DNA of 63,731 nt, counting the filler, from Octopus bimaculoides (Eukaryota), in the NCBI RefSeq assembly GCF_001194135.2. It is 5 parts of 5 records of this genome, joined end to end, with 100 filler letters (N's around TTAATTAATTAA, not from the genome) between each part and the next. Parts side by side here need not be neighbours in the genome. Positions count along the whole stretch, not along the records: positions 1 to 17,186 come from NC_069002.1; positions 17,287 to 32,829 come from NC_068996.1; 3 more parts are not named here. The stretch is one strand, 5' to 3'. The notes below the pieces were generated by a model. It had not been told where the DNA came from and did not search any database. It worked only from the letters and a program-made list of their open reading frames with translations. Numbering within the stretch: the stretch's first letter is position 1; every line of letters starts with the position of its first letter. Below, in pieces: positions 11,471 through 23,945 of the stretch. Both the position numbers and the translations under genes were made by a program.

Positions 11471-11688
11471 TGAGGGGGTGTTGAAAACTTACTGGCTTTA
11501 GGTAAAAGAAAATACAGGACGGTCAGTTAGTTATGATTGTATATTCAACATATTCCTTTCTCAGATTCGCACATTTATTGCAGGGGTCCTTCACTTTTCT
11601 AAGCCCTGTAAAAGAACTTGAAAGACTGGGCTTCCAACCAGCCCTTTCGTGATACCCTTAAGGCTGGGAACTTTTCAGTATCCTTTTG
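11471..11688. mobile_element. Mariner-type MITE (218 bp) with TA TSD
   Basis: TA|TGAGGGGGTGTTGAAAACTTACTGGCTTTAGG ... CCTTAAGGCTGGGAACTTTTCAGTATCCTTTTG|TA: imperfect TIRs of about 30 bp flanked by TA. Confidence 0.75.
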
Positions 11689-11814
11689 TACATGTGTATA
11701 GATATGTGTGTGTGTTTGAACAATTTTCATGATGTTTCATATTTAGATGCTTTCATTAAATTGATTCAGTTGTTAAACATAAATAAATCCTGGAATTAAA
11801 TGGTTTGGATTTAC

Positions 11815-11842
11815 TGTCAGGTGACTTTTGGCCAACCCTGTA
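11815..11842. mobile_element. Isolated Tc1-like terminal inverted repeat end
   Basis: GTGACTTTTGGCCAACCCTG|TA; the reverse complement TA|CAGGGTTGGCCAAAAGTCAC has the typical CAGGGT start. Confidence 0.45.
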
Positions 11843-12989
11843 TATATATTTAATACTCAATATTTCATATATTCAATAAGACATTCAATACTTCATTTCA
11901 TTTTACTATTTATATTATATATTCCATATTCTATATCCCACATTAATTTTATAAGAATATAAATAAAACATAAAAAACAGACAGAGTTGGAACTCTTTTA
12001 AATAACATATTCCTCTATACACGATCATACAAACCCTTTTTTATACTTTTTTATTNNNNNNNNNNNNNNNNNNNNNNNNNNNNNNNNNNNNNNNNNNNNN
12101 NNNNNNNNNNNNNNNNNNNNNNNNNNNNNNNNNNNNNNNNNNNNNNNNNNNNNNNNNNNNNNNNNNNNNNNNNNNNNNNNNNNNNNNNNNNNNNNNNNNN
12201 NNNNNNNNNNNNNNNNNNNNNNNNNNNNNNNNNNNNNNNNNNNNNNNNNNNNNNNNNNNNNNNNNNNNNNNNNNNNNNNNNNNNNNNNNNNNNNNNNNNN
12301 NNNNNNNNNNNNNNNNNNNNNNNNNNNNNNNNNNNNNNNNNNNNNNNNNNNNNNNNNNNNNNNNNNNNNNNNNNNNNNNNNNNNNNNNNNNNNNNNNNNN
12401 NNNNNNNNNNNNNNNNNNNNNNNNNNNNNNNNNNNNNNNNNNNNNNNNNNNNNNNNNNNNNNNNNNNNNNNNNNNNNNNNNNNNNNNNNNNNNNNNNNNN
12501 NNNNNNNNNNNNNNNNNNNNNNNNNNNNNNNNNNNNNNNNNNNNNNNNNNNNNNNNNNNNNNNNNNNNNNNNNNNNNNNNNNNNNNNNNNNNNNNNNNNN
12601 NNNNNNNNNNNNNNNNNNNNNNNNNNNNNNNNNNNNNNNNNNNNNNNNNNNNNNNNNNNNNNNNNNNNNNNNNNNNNNNNNNNNNNNNNNNNNNNNNNNN
12701 NNNNNNNNNNNNNNNNNNNNNNNNNNNNNNNNNNNNNNNNNNNNNNNNNNNNNNNNNNNNNNNNNNNNNNNNNNNNNNNNNNNNNNNNNNNNNNNNNNNN
12801 NNNNNNNNNNNNNNNNNNNNNNNNNNNNNNNNNNNNNNNNNNNNNNNNNNNNNNNNNNNNNNNNNNNNNNNNNNNNNNNNNNNNNNNNNNNNNNNNNNNN
12901 NNNNNNNNNNNNNNNNNNNNNNNNNNNNNNNNNNNNNNNNNNNNNNNNNNNNNNNNNNNNNNNNNNNNNTGAAACAAGTAAAAGAATAA

Positions 12990-13450
12990 AAGAATCATCA
13001 TCATCATCATTTAACCTCCGTTGTCCATGCTGGCATGGGTTGGATGGTTTGACCAGGGCTGGTAAGCAGGAAGGGTGCACCAGACCCCACTCTGACTTGC
13101 CATGGTTCTCTACAGCTGGATGCCCTTCCTAATGCCAACCACTCTGAGAGTGTAATGGGTGCTTTTATGTGCCACCGGCATGGTTGCCATTTGTGTGACA
13201 CCAGTATCCGCCATGACTGTGATTTTGCTTGGCTTGATGGGTCTTCTTCTCAAGCACGACATAATGCCAAGGTCTTGGTCATTGCCTCCGTGAGGCCCAA
13301 CACTTGAAAGGAACTCAGCCACTTTGTCTCCCCCAAGGCCCAATGCTCAAAAGGTACTCTTTATGTGCCTCCAGCATCAGCCATGACTGCAATTTCACTT
13401 GGCTTGATGGGTCTTCTTGAACACAGTATATCACTAAAGGTCTCTGTCAC
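12990..13450 (-). mobile_element. Family A element, long variant with internal direct repeat
   Basis: (CAT)n TTTAACCTCCGTTGTCCATGCTGGCATGGG... then CCATGACTG..CTTGGCTTGATGGGTCTTCTT twice (about 13211 and 13381). Confidence 0.8.
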
Positions 13451-13499
13451 TAGGGGTGTGTGTGTGTGTGTGTGTGTGTATTTAAGCACGTGTATGTGG

Positions 13500-13695
13500 G
13501 AACTTGTGTTTTGTTTGTCTCAAATCTCCACCACTTGACAGCTGGTGTTAGTTTGTTTATGTCCCTGTGACGTAGTGGTTCAGCAAAAGAAAGAGGCTTA
13601 TAGAATACATACCAGACTTTAAAAAAAAGAAGTATATGAGTCATTTTGTTCAACTAAAACCATTAAAGCCAGTGTCCCAGCATGGCTGCAGTGAC
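13500..13695 (+). mobile_element. SINE family C, 3' half
   Basis: GTTTATGTCCCTGTGACGTAGTGGTTCAGCAAAAG...GTGTCCCAGCATGGCTGCAGT. Confidence 0.65.
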
Positions 13696-13850
13696 AGGAG
13701 AGCTCTGAATGTAAAGCAGCAGGGTTTTACATCCTCCGACCACTTCCTGTTTACATATGAAGCTCCTGGGCTCCAGCATCCCTAATCAGTTGGAACCAGT
13801 TTTCTAATTTGGACAATGCATAACACTACTGTCCCTCATTAATTCCTCAG

Positions 13851-14561
13851 CTGGACAGAGTCGTTAGCTGGGCAGAGTCGTTAGCTGGGCAGAGTCGTTA
13901 GCTGGGCAGAGTCGTTAGCTGGGCAGAGTCGTTAGCTGGGCAGAGTCATTAACTGGGCAGAGTCGTTAGCTNNNNNNNNNNNNNNNNNNNNNNNNNNNNN
14001 NNNNNNNNNNNNNNNNNNNNNNNNNNNNNNNNNNNNNNNNNNNNNNNNNNNNNNNNNNNNNNNNNNNNNNNNNNNNNNNNNNNNNNNNNNNNNNNNNNNN
14101 NNNNNNNNNNNNNNNNNNNNNNNNNNNNNNNNNNNNNNNNNNNNNNNNNNNNNNNNNNNNNNNNNNNNNNNNNNNNNNNNNNNNNNNNNNNNNNNNNNNN
14201 NNNNNNNNNNNNNNNNNNNNNNNNNNNNNNNNNNNNNNNNNNNNNNNNNNNNNNNNNNNNNNNNNNNNNNNNNNNNNNNNNNNNNNNNNNNNNNNNNNNN
14301 NNNNNNNNNNNNNNNNNNNNNNNNNNNNNNNNNNNNNNNNNNNNNNNNNNNNNNNNNNNNNNNNNNNNNNNNNNNNNNNNNNNNNNNNNNNNNNNNNNNN
14401 NNNNNNNNNNNNNNNNNNNNNNNNNNNNNNNNNNNNNNNNNNNNNNNNNNNNNNNNNNNNNNNNNNNNNNNNNNNNCTGGGCAGAGTCGTTAGCTGGGCA
14501 GAGTCGTTAGCTGGGCAGAGTCGTTAGCTGGGCAGAGTCGTTAGCTTAGCAGAATCGTTGG
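13851..14561 (+). repeat. 17-bp minisatellite (CTGGGCAGAGTCGTTAG)n spanning a gap
   Basis: 7 units before and 4 after a 505-N gap, followed by degenerate units. Confidence 0.9.
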
Positions 14562-14913
14562 CTGAGCAGTGAGTTGGTCAAAATGCTTAATGGTATATCA
14601 TCTGTTCAAATTCTGCTGAAATCAACTTTGCTTTTCATCCTTTTGGAATCGATTCATCCTGAAATTGTTAGTCTTGTGCCAAACTTTAAAACCATTAGTT
14701 TTGTTATTATTATTTAAGGCTGCAGGCTAGTAGAACCATTAGCATGCTGGGCAAAATGGTTAATGACATTGCATTTATTCTTTACGTCCTGGGTTCAAAT
14801 TCCAGCAAGGTTGACTTTGCCTATTTATCGATAAAATAAGTACCAGTTGAGTATTGGGGTCGAAGAAATCATCTTACCCTGAAATTGCTGGCCTTGAGCC
14901 AAAATTCGAAACC
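14545..14913 (+). mobile_element. Two SINE family B copies (about 14545-14655 partial; 14715-14913 full)
   Basis: B-box GTTCAAAT, core ACTTTGC..TTTCATCC, tail TTGCTGGCCTTGAGCCAAAATTCGAAACC. Confidence 0.75.
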
Positions 14914-15037
14914 ATTTATTTCTTCTGGGTCAACTTTTCTTTGAAGGAAGATTCTGTTATAAACATTGGGTCTTTCACTTCCCAATAGCATACGCACTGT
15001 GAAGTTTTCATCACTTTTACTCTATAGATACGTATTT

Positions 15038-15243
15038 TTTCTACTTTAGGCACAAGGCCTGAAATTTTTGGAGAGGGTCCAGTTGATTAGATCGACCCTA
15101 GTATGCAACTGGTACTTAATTTATCAACCCCAAAAGGATGAAAGGCAAAGTCAACCTCAGTGGAATTTGAACTCAGAACATAAAGGCAGACAAAATACTG
15201 CTAAGCATTTCACCCGCCGTGCTAATGTTTCTGCCAAGCTTCC
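15038..15243 (-). mobile_element. SINE family B, full length
   Basis: TTTTCTACTTTAGGCACAAGGCCTGAAATTT...CTGGTACTTAATTTATCAACCCCAAAAGGATGAAAGGCAAAGTC...TCTGCCAAGCT. Confidence 0.85.
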
Positions 15244-15296
15244 TGCCTTCTATAGATACATATTTATGCATATGTGTGCGTACATGTGTGTATATA

Positions 15297-15377
<81 letters not shown>

Positions 15378-15439
15378 TGGTATGGTGTGTGTTTGTGAGT
15401 TTGTATATATGTATACTTCTCCTCCTGCCTCTTGCTCAG

Positions 15440-15670
15440 TACTACTCCTGCACCCCTCAAAAGGGGGGTCTTTGTCTTGCAAGTTACTTGGTGTCTTCAC
15501 TGATGTTGGTGCATCCAGTACACTCGACAAAGTGGTTGCATTAGGAAGTCCACCTAACCATAGAGACCATGTCAAAGCGGGCAATGAAGCTTAACACAGT
15601 CCTCTAGAGCGCCAGCTCCTGTTGAATGATCAACCCATCAACCACATGGTCCCAAAGCAAGCATCTTGCC
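15440..15670 (+). mobile_element. Family A-related element, degenerate
   Basis: GTCTTGCAAGTTACTTGG...AAAGTGGTTGCATTAGGAAG...CAACCCATC. Collinear with the reverse complement of 27080-27310. Confidence 0.5.
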
Positions 15671-15693
15671 CACAGCCATGCCTGTGCCTACTG

Positions 15694-15739
<46 letters not shown>

Positions 15740-15884
15740 ACACACACACAATCACACATACACACACACAAACACACACACACAATCACACACACACACA
15801 CACAAACACTCACACGCACAATCACACATACACACACAAACACACACACACAATCACATACACACACACACAATCACACATATA

Positions 15885-16287
15885 GGCGCAGGAGTGGCTG
15901 TGTGGTAAGTAGCTTGCTTATGAACTACATGGTTCCGGGTTCAATCCCACTGCGTGGCATCTTGGGCAAGTATATTCTACTATAGCCTTGGGCTGACCAA
16001 AGCCTTGTGAGTGGATTTGGTAGATAGAAACTGAATGAAGCCCATCATATATATGTATATATATATATATGTGTGTGTTTGTGTGTCTGTGTTTGTCCCC
16101 CTAGCATTGCTTGACAACTGATGCTGGTGTGTTTATGTCCCTGTCACTTAGCGGTTCGGCAAAAGAGACCGATAGAATAAGTACTAGGCTTACAAAAAAT
16201 AAGTCCTCGGGTCGATTTGCTTGACTAAAGGCGGTGCTCCAGCATGGCCGCAGTCAAATGACTGAAACAAGTAAAAAAGAGTAAAGA
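15885..16287 (+). mobile_element. SINE family C, full length
   Basis: GGCGCAGGAGTGGCTGTGTGGTAAG head, GGTTCAATCCCAC B-box, CTTGGGCAAGT CORE-like motif, tail GGCGGTGCTCCAGCATGGCCGCAGTCAAATGACTGAAACAAGT. Sits inside (CA)n tracts. Confidence 0.9.
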
Positions 16288-16945
16288 AAGTATACACACA
16301 ATCACACACACACACACAGAGTCACACACACACAATCACACACACAAACACCCACACGATCACCCATAAGCACACACGTGTGTTTATGTATGGCTGAAGT
16401 GGTATAGAAACCGGTCGGTTGGCTTGTACTTGTAATTCAAAAGCTCAACTTTGTCAGATTCACTTTGACATGTTGTTTCTATCTGAGAATTATGTTTAAA
16501 GTTCATATGTTTGTGGAATGCCCAGGCGTTAGTTATAAAAAGTCTTTCGGAAAAAAGTATATTGATACAGACTTGGTGGAAGGAAGCTTTTGTGTAACTG
16601 CTTTCACTACGTTTAGCTTTTCAAACACTCATAGTATAAGATAATGTGTGGAAGGGTATTCCTTTTATCAAATGTGTTTGAAAAATGAAAAAAGTGCTTA
16701 CAAAAGAATTTTCCATCCGTTGGTTGTGTGTTATTCTCTTTTTCCAAAAGGAGATTTTAATATTAAAAATGAAAAAAGGAATTTCTAATAGAGATTTTCT
16801 TAACAAGCTAGTTTGCTAGATTTTAATATTATCAATAATGTTTAAGAAAGTCTTTTTTCAAATAGCTATATGTATATCATTATCATCATCATCATAATCA
16901 TCATCATTGAATATCATTTTTCCATGCTGGCATGGATCGGATGTC

Positions 16946-17186
16946 ACTCTATCTATCTATCTATCTCTATGGACGGACGGTAGACGTGTCGGCTCCGTAA
17001 GTTTTGCATTTTTCATGTTTTAAAAAGTTTGTTTGTAAAGTTTATTTTATATACAAAGTTGTATGACAACTTGTAGACTCTCTGGTGCAAGTTTTTTGCG
17101 ACGGAAATCTGCCCTGTGTGGCACATTTCCAGGATATAAAAACCAATTTCGGCTTTCTAGCCATTTTTTTTGAGACGATGGCGTCT
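16946..17186. mobile_element. CpG-rich terminal fragment of an unclassified DNA or Helentron-like element, cut by a scaffold join
   Basis: (CTAT)n-GGACGGACGG microsatellite start, internal hairpin AGTTGT-ATG-ACAACT, many CpGs. Interrupts a family A tail at 16878-16945. Confidence 0.35.
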
Positions 17187-17286
17187 NNNNNNNNNNNNNN
17201 NNNNNNNNNNNNNNNNNNNNNNNNNNNNNNTTAATTAATTAANNNNNNNNNNNNNNNNNNNNNNNNNNNNNNNNNNNNNNNNNNNN
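17187..17286. other. Artificial scaffold join 44N-TTAATTAATTAA-44N
   Basis: Exactly 100 bp; the 12-mer has stop codons in all six frames. Identical joins at 32830, 59917 and 62200. Confidence 0.9.
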
Positions 17287-17519
17287 GGCACATAAAAGAC
17301 ACCATTTCGAGCGTGGCCGTTTTCGTGCGGGTGACACGTAAAAGCACCCACTACACTCTCTGAGTGGTTGGCGTTAGGAAGGGCATCCAGCTGTAGAAAC
17401 TCTGCCAAATCAGACTGGAGCCTGGTGTTGCCATCCGGTTTCACCAGTCCTCAGTCAAATCGTCCAACCCATGCTAGCATGGAAAGCGGACGTTAAACGA
17501 TGATGATGATGATGATGAT
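17287..17519 (+). mobile_element. Family A (GAT-tail) element
   Basis: Nearly identical to 6368-6604, with (GAT)n tail. Confidence 0.85.
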
Positions 17520-17604
17520 ATATACATACATATATAAATATATGTACTAAAACACACTTACATACAAACTCTCACATATACACACAATCAACTTGCATCA
17601 CACG

Positions 17605-17642
<38 letters not shown>

Positions 17643-17781
17643 GACACAAACACAAAGAGAGCCATAACTACAGTTAAAAGGAAAAACTAGATAAGCGGTT
17701 GGTAGGGGGGAAGGTAAGAAAATAGCAGATTTATATTACATCACCAAATGTGTGTATGTGTGTGAAAGTATACGTGATATA

Positions 17782-18135
17782 TGTATATATCATCATCATC
17801 ATCGTTGTTGCTTAACATCCGCTTTCCATGCTGGCATGGGTTGGACAATTTTACTTAGAACTGGTAAACCAGATGGCTACACCAGGCCCCCATCTGTTCT
17901 GGCAAGGTTTCTACAGCTGGATGCCCTTCCTAATGCCAACCACTCTAAGAGTGTAGTGGGTGCTTTTTATGTGCCACTGACAGTTAGGAGGCATTGGCAT
18001 CGGCCATGCTCAAATGGTACATTTTACATACCACCAACATAAGTATCAGTCAGGCGGCACTAGCATCAACCACGCTCAAATGGTGCTTTGTCAGGCAATA
18101 CTGACATTGGCTATACTCGAATGGTGGATTTTATG
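17782..18135 (-). mobile_element. Family A element with repeated 5' modules
   Basis: (CAT)n...ATCCGCTTTCCATGCTGGCATGGGTTGG..., then three CCATGCTCAAATGGT-like modules. Confidence 0.75.
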
Positions 18136-18149
18136 TGCCAGTCAGGCGA

Positions 18150-18440
18150 AGGCACATGGCTTGCTTGGTAGTTAGGATGTTGCACTCAGGATTGCGAGGT
18201 CATAGTTTCAATTCCCAGACTGAGTGTTGCATTGCTTTCTTGTGCAAAACACATCATTTCATGTTACTCTGCAATCTTTCATCATCAAATGTGTGGCATG
18301 TCATGCACCTGTACAGGTAATGTTGATTTGATTGAGAGAGTGAGCTAATGTCCAACACATACATTTGATCACTCTAAACAAATTATCTGTGCAGGTCATA
18401 CAGCAAGAAACTGCAGAACCTTAAAACATCATCTAACAAG
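18150..18440 (+). mobile_element. Degenerate tRNA-headed SINE
   Basis: CATGGCTTGCTTGGTAGTTAGGATGTTGCACTCAGGATTGCGAGGTCATAGTTTCAATTCCCAGAC parallels the heads at 1761 and about 47385. Confidence 0.55.
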
Positions 18441-18521
18441 AGGAGAGTCCATCATGATAAAATATTATATAATATATTGTATTATTTTAGTGTCATATTA
18501 TATTGTATAATATTAATGTCA

Positions 18522-18700
18522 TCTAATATATATAAATCACAGTATGTGTGTGTGTGTGTATAATAACTAACAACTCTCAACCGGTTTTCACCAAACTTTA
18601 CACACCCATTACTTATGTCCCCACGATGGTCATGCACTATAACATTTTGCCCAGAGCTCCCATGTAATTGAACGTAAATGGACATAGTTTTTGTATGTAG
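18522..18700 (+). mobile_element. Possible non-autonomous Helitron/DINE-1-like 5' end
   Basis: TCTAATATATATAAAT-(TG)n-...CAACCGGTTTTCACCAAACTTTACACAC resembles the 5' architecture of such elements. No 3' end was found. Confidence 0.35.
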
Positions 18701-19879
18701 AGTCTTCCATACTTTTTAAATCTTTTCATAAAAGTGAAAGGATTTTGTCTATTTATTTCAACTGTTCACTTACAATGGTGATTCAACTGACTAGGAACAC
18801 TGTAAGCGATGAATATCCATTATCAAACAATCTTAATCTCCATATTTAAACTGCATTAAACTTTGCCAAGCTTACCTTTACCTATTCTGAGTTACTTTAA
18901 AGGTAATGTTCCCTTCCCTCTCTTCTATTTGTTGATACCTTTGATATCATTGTTTCACTTTAAGGATGCTCATTTACCTATCCATAATGATATTTCGACA
19001 GTTGTTCATTGTTTCAAATAGCATTGTCATTCTAGCCCTTTTTAAACAATCACATATGATTCATCCCGAATAATCAACCTTTAAATAAGAGTTTTACTTC
19101 CACTAGCAAAAGCTATACATATTTTTTAGAAAGCTCCATACCAATTTAACCTTATGCAGCATTTGCTATTAGTTTACATGCACGCTATGTGGGGAGACAG
19201 AATAAAGGGGCTTCTGTTAGCTTATTTCTCCAAAAGAATAGCTCCTTTTGTTGTTGAAAAAATAAACTCGCAGAAGGGAAATTTCAACATCTTCCTTCAA
19301 TTTCCTTACACCAGTTATGTGACTGTTTCTGACAATAAATTTTGCTTTCATGTAAAACAATTATATTTTGTAGTCATTATCCGTAATCTACTCCCAAAAC
19401 ACTTCAGTAGTTCTGCTTTGCATTGCTTGCAAACTTATATGTTCTATCATCATTAAAGTGTAACGACTTCCACAATAACCAGACTTCAATTTGATTTTCC
19501 ATTCCTAGGTTAATCAGAAGCACAGATTGCTATGCTACTCATAAACCTTCTTGGTAGTTCAATTATTAGGTGAAAAAAATACTACCAAAGCAACTTAAAC
19601 CATCCGAAGGACAAGTGTGTTTGCTAGTATATATATATATATATATATTATATAATATTAATGCTATATTATATTATATTATGTTGTATTATACATTAAT
19701 GGTAAATTCTTTGAAGTTTCACTGTTGAAATTGGTTTTACAAAGCATGATTAGTACATTAACTACACAAACCTATTAAATTAGAAGGCAGAGAGATATCA
19801 GAGTCTCTAGAAAACTAGTTTTGGGTTCTGTCAAACATTCACTGACACTTCCTTGGTTCTCTGGTCCCCTAGACCAATA

Positions 19880-20425
19880 TACTAGCTGAACCCACCTCTT
19901 ATAGATTCTCATTAGCTTTCTATAGATATTCATCGTTTCCTTCAGTTTACAAGAGACATGCTCTGCCCTTGGGCCCCTAGCCTCAACAGTAGCACATGAT
20001 TTTTGCTCCTGACCCATTCAATAATATCAGGTTTATAAACAAAGGTTGCTGTTTTTATTAGAATGTTCAACCAGTATTTTTCGTTTTCAAAGGTGTGAAT
20101 ACATTTGAGTCTAATGTGCCTTTCGTATGACCATCAGAACAATCCTCCTTGAAGATAACACTGTAAACAGTTTTAGTAACAATGCTGTGTCTCATGGAAA
20201 AAATAGTAGCTTGCCAGTATGTTTGGACAGTTGTAAATGATGTGGGTGATATCAATCATCTTGGCACAATCAACATTCATTTAGTATCACATTGTGGAGG
20301 CTTAGGGGCTACCTTAACTCAGTTATTGATCAAGTATTTAGCAGCTATCGCCTGGTCCTGCATAGCAAAGATGTAACTCGCCATGTAAGATACGATGTAT
20401 CCATCACAGGCCTAAGGGAGGCTAC
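19880..20425 (-). mobile_element. Fossil of an R4/Dong-like non-LTR retrotransposon (CCHC knuckle plus restriction-like endonuclease)
   Basis: Read through stops and frameshifts: YIFAMQDQAIAAKYL..., *ML-CAKMIDITHIIYNCP (C-x2-C...H-x4-C), MRHSIVTKTVY, FENEKYW...YKPDII, CATVE...KETMNIY. Motif order matches RLE-clade ORF C-termini. Confidence 0.7.
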
Positions 20426-20722
20426 TCTTCTTTTCAATGTTTCTGTTTATTCTTGTATATATGTACGTGTGCAAGTATGTATGAATGTATGTTTGTATGC
20501 ATATGTGTAAATAAGAAGGGATGTATATTTGTGAGTGTGCGTATATGTTATACGTGTTATATTATCATAAACTGCAAAGTGAAAGCAGAGAATGATATTA
20601 AAGGAGATGAAGGAACATTGAAATTTAACAAATGTCAGTGGTTGAGTAAAGAAACAGCAGCTTTCAGGCAGTCATTTGAACAGCTAGCCTTATACGTGTG
20701 TGTGTGTGCGTGAGCGTGTACT

Positions 20723-20781
<59 letters not shown>

Positions 20782-20789
20782 ATGTACAC

Positions 20790-21085
20790 ATGCTGGTGTT
20801 GTGTAACAAAACATGTATGCCAGCACCACATAATAAGCACCCATGCTGGCATCATGTGAAAAGCACTTGTGCTGGATCAAATAAAGAACAGTTGCGCTGG
20901 TCCTATGTAAAAAGCATCTGTTGGTACCACATGAAAAAGATCACAGAGTACACTCTGTAAAGTTGTTGGTATTAGGAAGAGCATCCAGTCATAGAAGCTA
21001 TGCCAAAGCAGACTGGAACCAGGTACAGCTTTCCAGCTCTAGCTAAACTGTTGAACCCATGCCAGCATGGAAAACAGACACTAAG

Positions 21086-21118
<33 letters not shown>
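20790..21118 (+). mobile_element. Family A element, degenerate
   Basis: AAGTTGTTGGTATTAGGAAGAGCATCCAG...ACCCATGCCAGCATGGAAAACAGACAC(GAT)n. Confidence 0.75.
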
Positions 21119-21906
21119 CCAAATGTGCACACACACACACACACACACACATATGTTATAATACACAGGCTACTCATACATGTGTATAAACAGATACTGA
21201 TACACGTTCATAGATTTACACACATTCGTACTCATACATGATTGCATGTGGACAGATACCAATCTACCTCACACACATACACACACATGCACATACATAC
21301 ACATTAAACAGACTGCTTTGTGATTCTGGCTCTTCAAGTTCTGAAATCTCAAGCATGAGTGGTAGCTTTGTCCTGGTTATAAACTCAAATAAACACATAT
21401 AACTCCCAATCGGTTCTCTCTCCCTCTCTCCCGCTCTCTCTTTTACACTCACACACATGTCTGTGCATTTTATACCAACCAAAATGCAAGCCATTGCTTT
21501 GGAGTAAAAACTCAGGAAATGAATGAGTTCATAACAATGAAATTGTAACTTCAGGAACTGGTTTCTATCCCAAAGGAACTGTAAACTACCAAAGTAAGTT
21601 TTCAACTCAAGACCCCCTACAATATGTGTGTGTGTGTATTTCAAAGCTTTGGGTGAAGATTTCTGAGTTTTAAACCTCAGGCATAATGATCTTTTGAAAA
21701 TAAGTAGGGGGGGGGGGGGGNNNNNNNNNNCATTGGGAAGGATACAAGCAACCATAATATTTTCATTTTTGAATTGTTTTCTTCGAAATTCTTTTCAGAA
21801 CAACAAGGTTCAAAACATTCCATTTGTGAATGTTTTCTTCTAATTCCTTTGTAGAATAATAATCTACTGTTTAAAACAAAAATTTAAAGAAACTTTAAAA
21901 AAAAAA

Positions 21907-21909
<3 letters not shown>

Positions 21910-21964
<55 letters not shown>
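21910..21964. repeat. (AAT)n microsatellite
   Basis: About 18 perfect AAT units. Confidence 0.95.
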
Positions 21965-21966
<2 letters not shown>

Positions 21967-23409
21967 TACAAGGTTTACTTAGTCTGATATACTGGCCATT
22001 GTTTGTCTGGAAACTTTATTCCAATTCAGGGAAATTACAATGCGATATTATCATCAACTTCCTACATCTTCATCCCGAGCAACGCCAGGTAGTTTAGTTA
22101 GTATGAATAATAAAGTTTAAAAATAAATGATTAAAACTCTAGTAAAAAATACTTTTATACAACTCTGCTTTGATCTATTGATGCTATTAAGTTTTCCTTT
22201 GTGTGTATCAGTTCAAATCTAGAGAACGTCGGCAGTGTTCTATAAATACCTGGCTTGCATTATACAGGACGTTGAGAATAAGAGACAAAGTCACCTTACA
22301 CTCAACATTTTTTTACTAAATATTTATATTTGCAAATACAACAACAATCAGCTATTTTTAGACATTAATTATGTTTGTATCAATATTGAAGGAAACCTGT
22401 ATGTCTAAAAAAAAATATTTATATACAAACATATCACTTGCTTATTTTTCAACATCTAAATCTATATTCAATTCAGTTCAGTTTTATTATTAAGGTATAC
22501 AGGTAGAAAAGAAGAGTAGATGGACACAGGTACAAACACATAAAAAATAATAATAATAATAATAATAAAAGTAGATAAGCTTATATGAATAGATAACTGG
22601 AGAGTCAAGTCATAGAATAGAAGGTAAATAAAAGCCAAAAAGGAAGTTTACAGTACAATTATATAAAATTGATTTTGCTTTACAGATAGTTTTGTTGTTA
22701 TGAATTCCTAATCCAAATAGATAGGGAAAGACCAATTAAAGCAACTGTGTGAACATTTTCCACTTGCCAACTCAGTAGTTGCTAGACTAATTATGAAATA
22801 ATAATAAGAATGAATAGTAGTGATAATCAATGAAAGCAAAAATCAATGCTGCAAGCACAGAGGTGGGAAGTGGAGGAGGAGATAAGAGGTAGGGCAGGCA
22901 TAGTAGTAAAAACAATGCTTTTCAATATTACAGGGAAGTTTTTCTTTCTCTTTGTTTTGTTCTTTTTTTTTGTTTCTGTTTTTGTTTTTGTTTTATTTCT
23001 TTCTAGCAAAGTAGATGAACGAATAGCTGAATGAGCTCTTCTGCTTGCAGACTCTCAATGAACTCTCAATGAATAATGTACAGTTACACATTTGAGTAGA
23101 GCACAATATTTTAATGTAGAACTGTGTGAATTCCCTAATTTGAAAAAGCAGAATAAGATTTTCTTCCTAAATATTATGAGAGTACAATGATTGTGAAACT
23201 GATGCATGAGAGTGGAGCAAAATGTCTTGACAAAATAAGAGTCTCTGGATATTATTGAGACATTCTGTTTTGAAAACTGTGGGTTTAGCTTGTGGTTTGA
23301 AGTATTTCTGTGCAATTCAAAGTAACAACTTCTTCCAGTAAATGAATTAAATTCATTCAGTGAGAACTGGAATAATAACGAGAGAGAGAGAGAGGTGCAA
23401 TTATGAATG

Positions 23410-23690
23410 CAGCTTGGCTGAATGGTTAAGAGGTTTTCTTTACAATGAAGATATCCCAGGTTTGATTCCCAGTATAACGTCTTGAGCAAGTGTCTCTTAC
23501 CACATACTATGGCCAGCCTGAGCCATGTGAGTTAATCTGGACAAATGGAAACTGTGCAGAAGCCTGTCAGATACATTGTAGTTGTGATGCAAAAATGCAG
23601 CCTTATATGTTGCAACATGTTGACTCTGTTGAAACACTATGTTAAAGGTTCACAAGCCTGTGGAATATTCAGCCATTTACATGCTAAGTG
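23410..23690 (+). mobile_element. tRNA-headed CORE-like SINE, degenerate (family C-related head)
   Basis: GCTTGGCTGAATGGTTAAG...GGTTTGATTCCCAG...CTTGAGCAAGTGTCT...GGAAACTGTGCAGAAGCCTGTC. Confidence 0.55.
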
Positions 23691-23945
23691 AAAGAGAAAG
23701 TAATTAAGTTAATTGAAACTGATGAAGATCTATTTACTTTGTTTAGTTGATTACTTTTCTTTCATATCAGTTTCATCATTGCCAACTTTTTACATTTGCT
23801 TTTCTGAGCAAGGATGGAGTGGTTAACCCAGTAATACATACAATACACATGCAAGTCAAGTGCTATGCTATTCACAAAGATCAATTTTCTAAATCTCATA
23901 ACCACTTTATTACAAATCTTCTTTCAGTAACTTCCACACCAACTC

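Noticed and set aside
13851-14561. CRISPR-like array
   Set aside because: Units are contiguous with no spacers; eukaryotic minisatellite.
21301-21372. 72-nt minus-strand candidate exon (TKLPLMLEISELEEPESQSSLFN)
   Set aside because: The donor GTATGT comes from a (CATA)n microsatellite, the acceptor tract is weak, and I recognise no homology.
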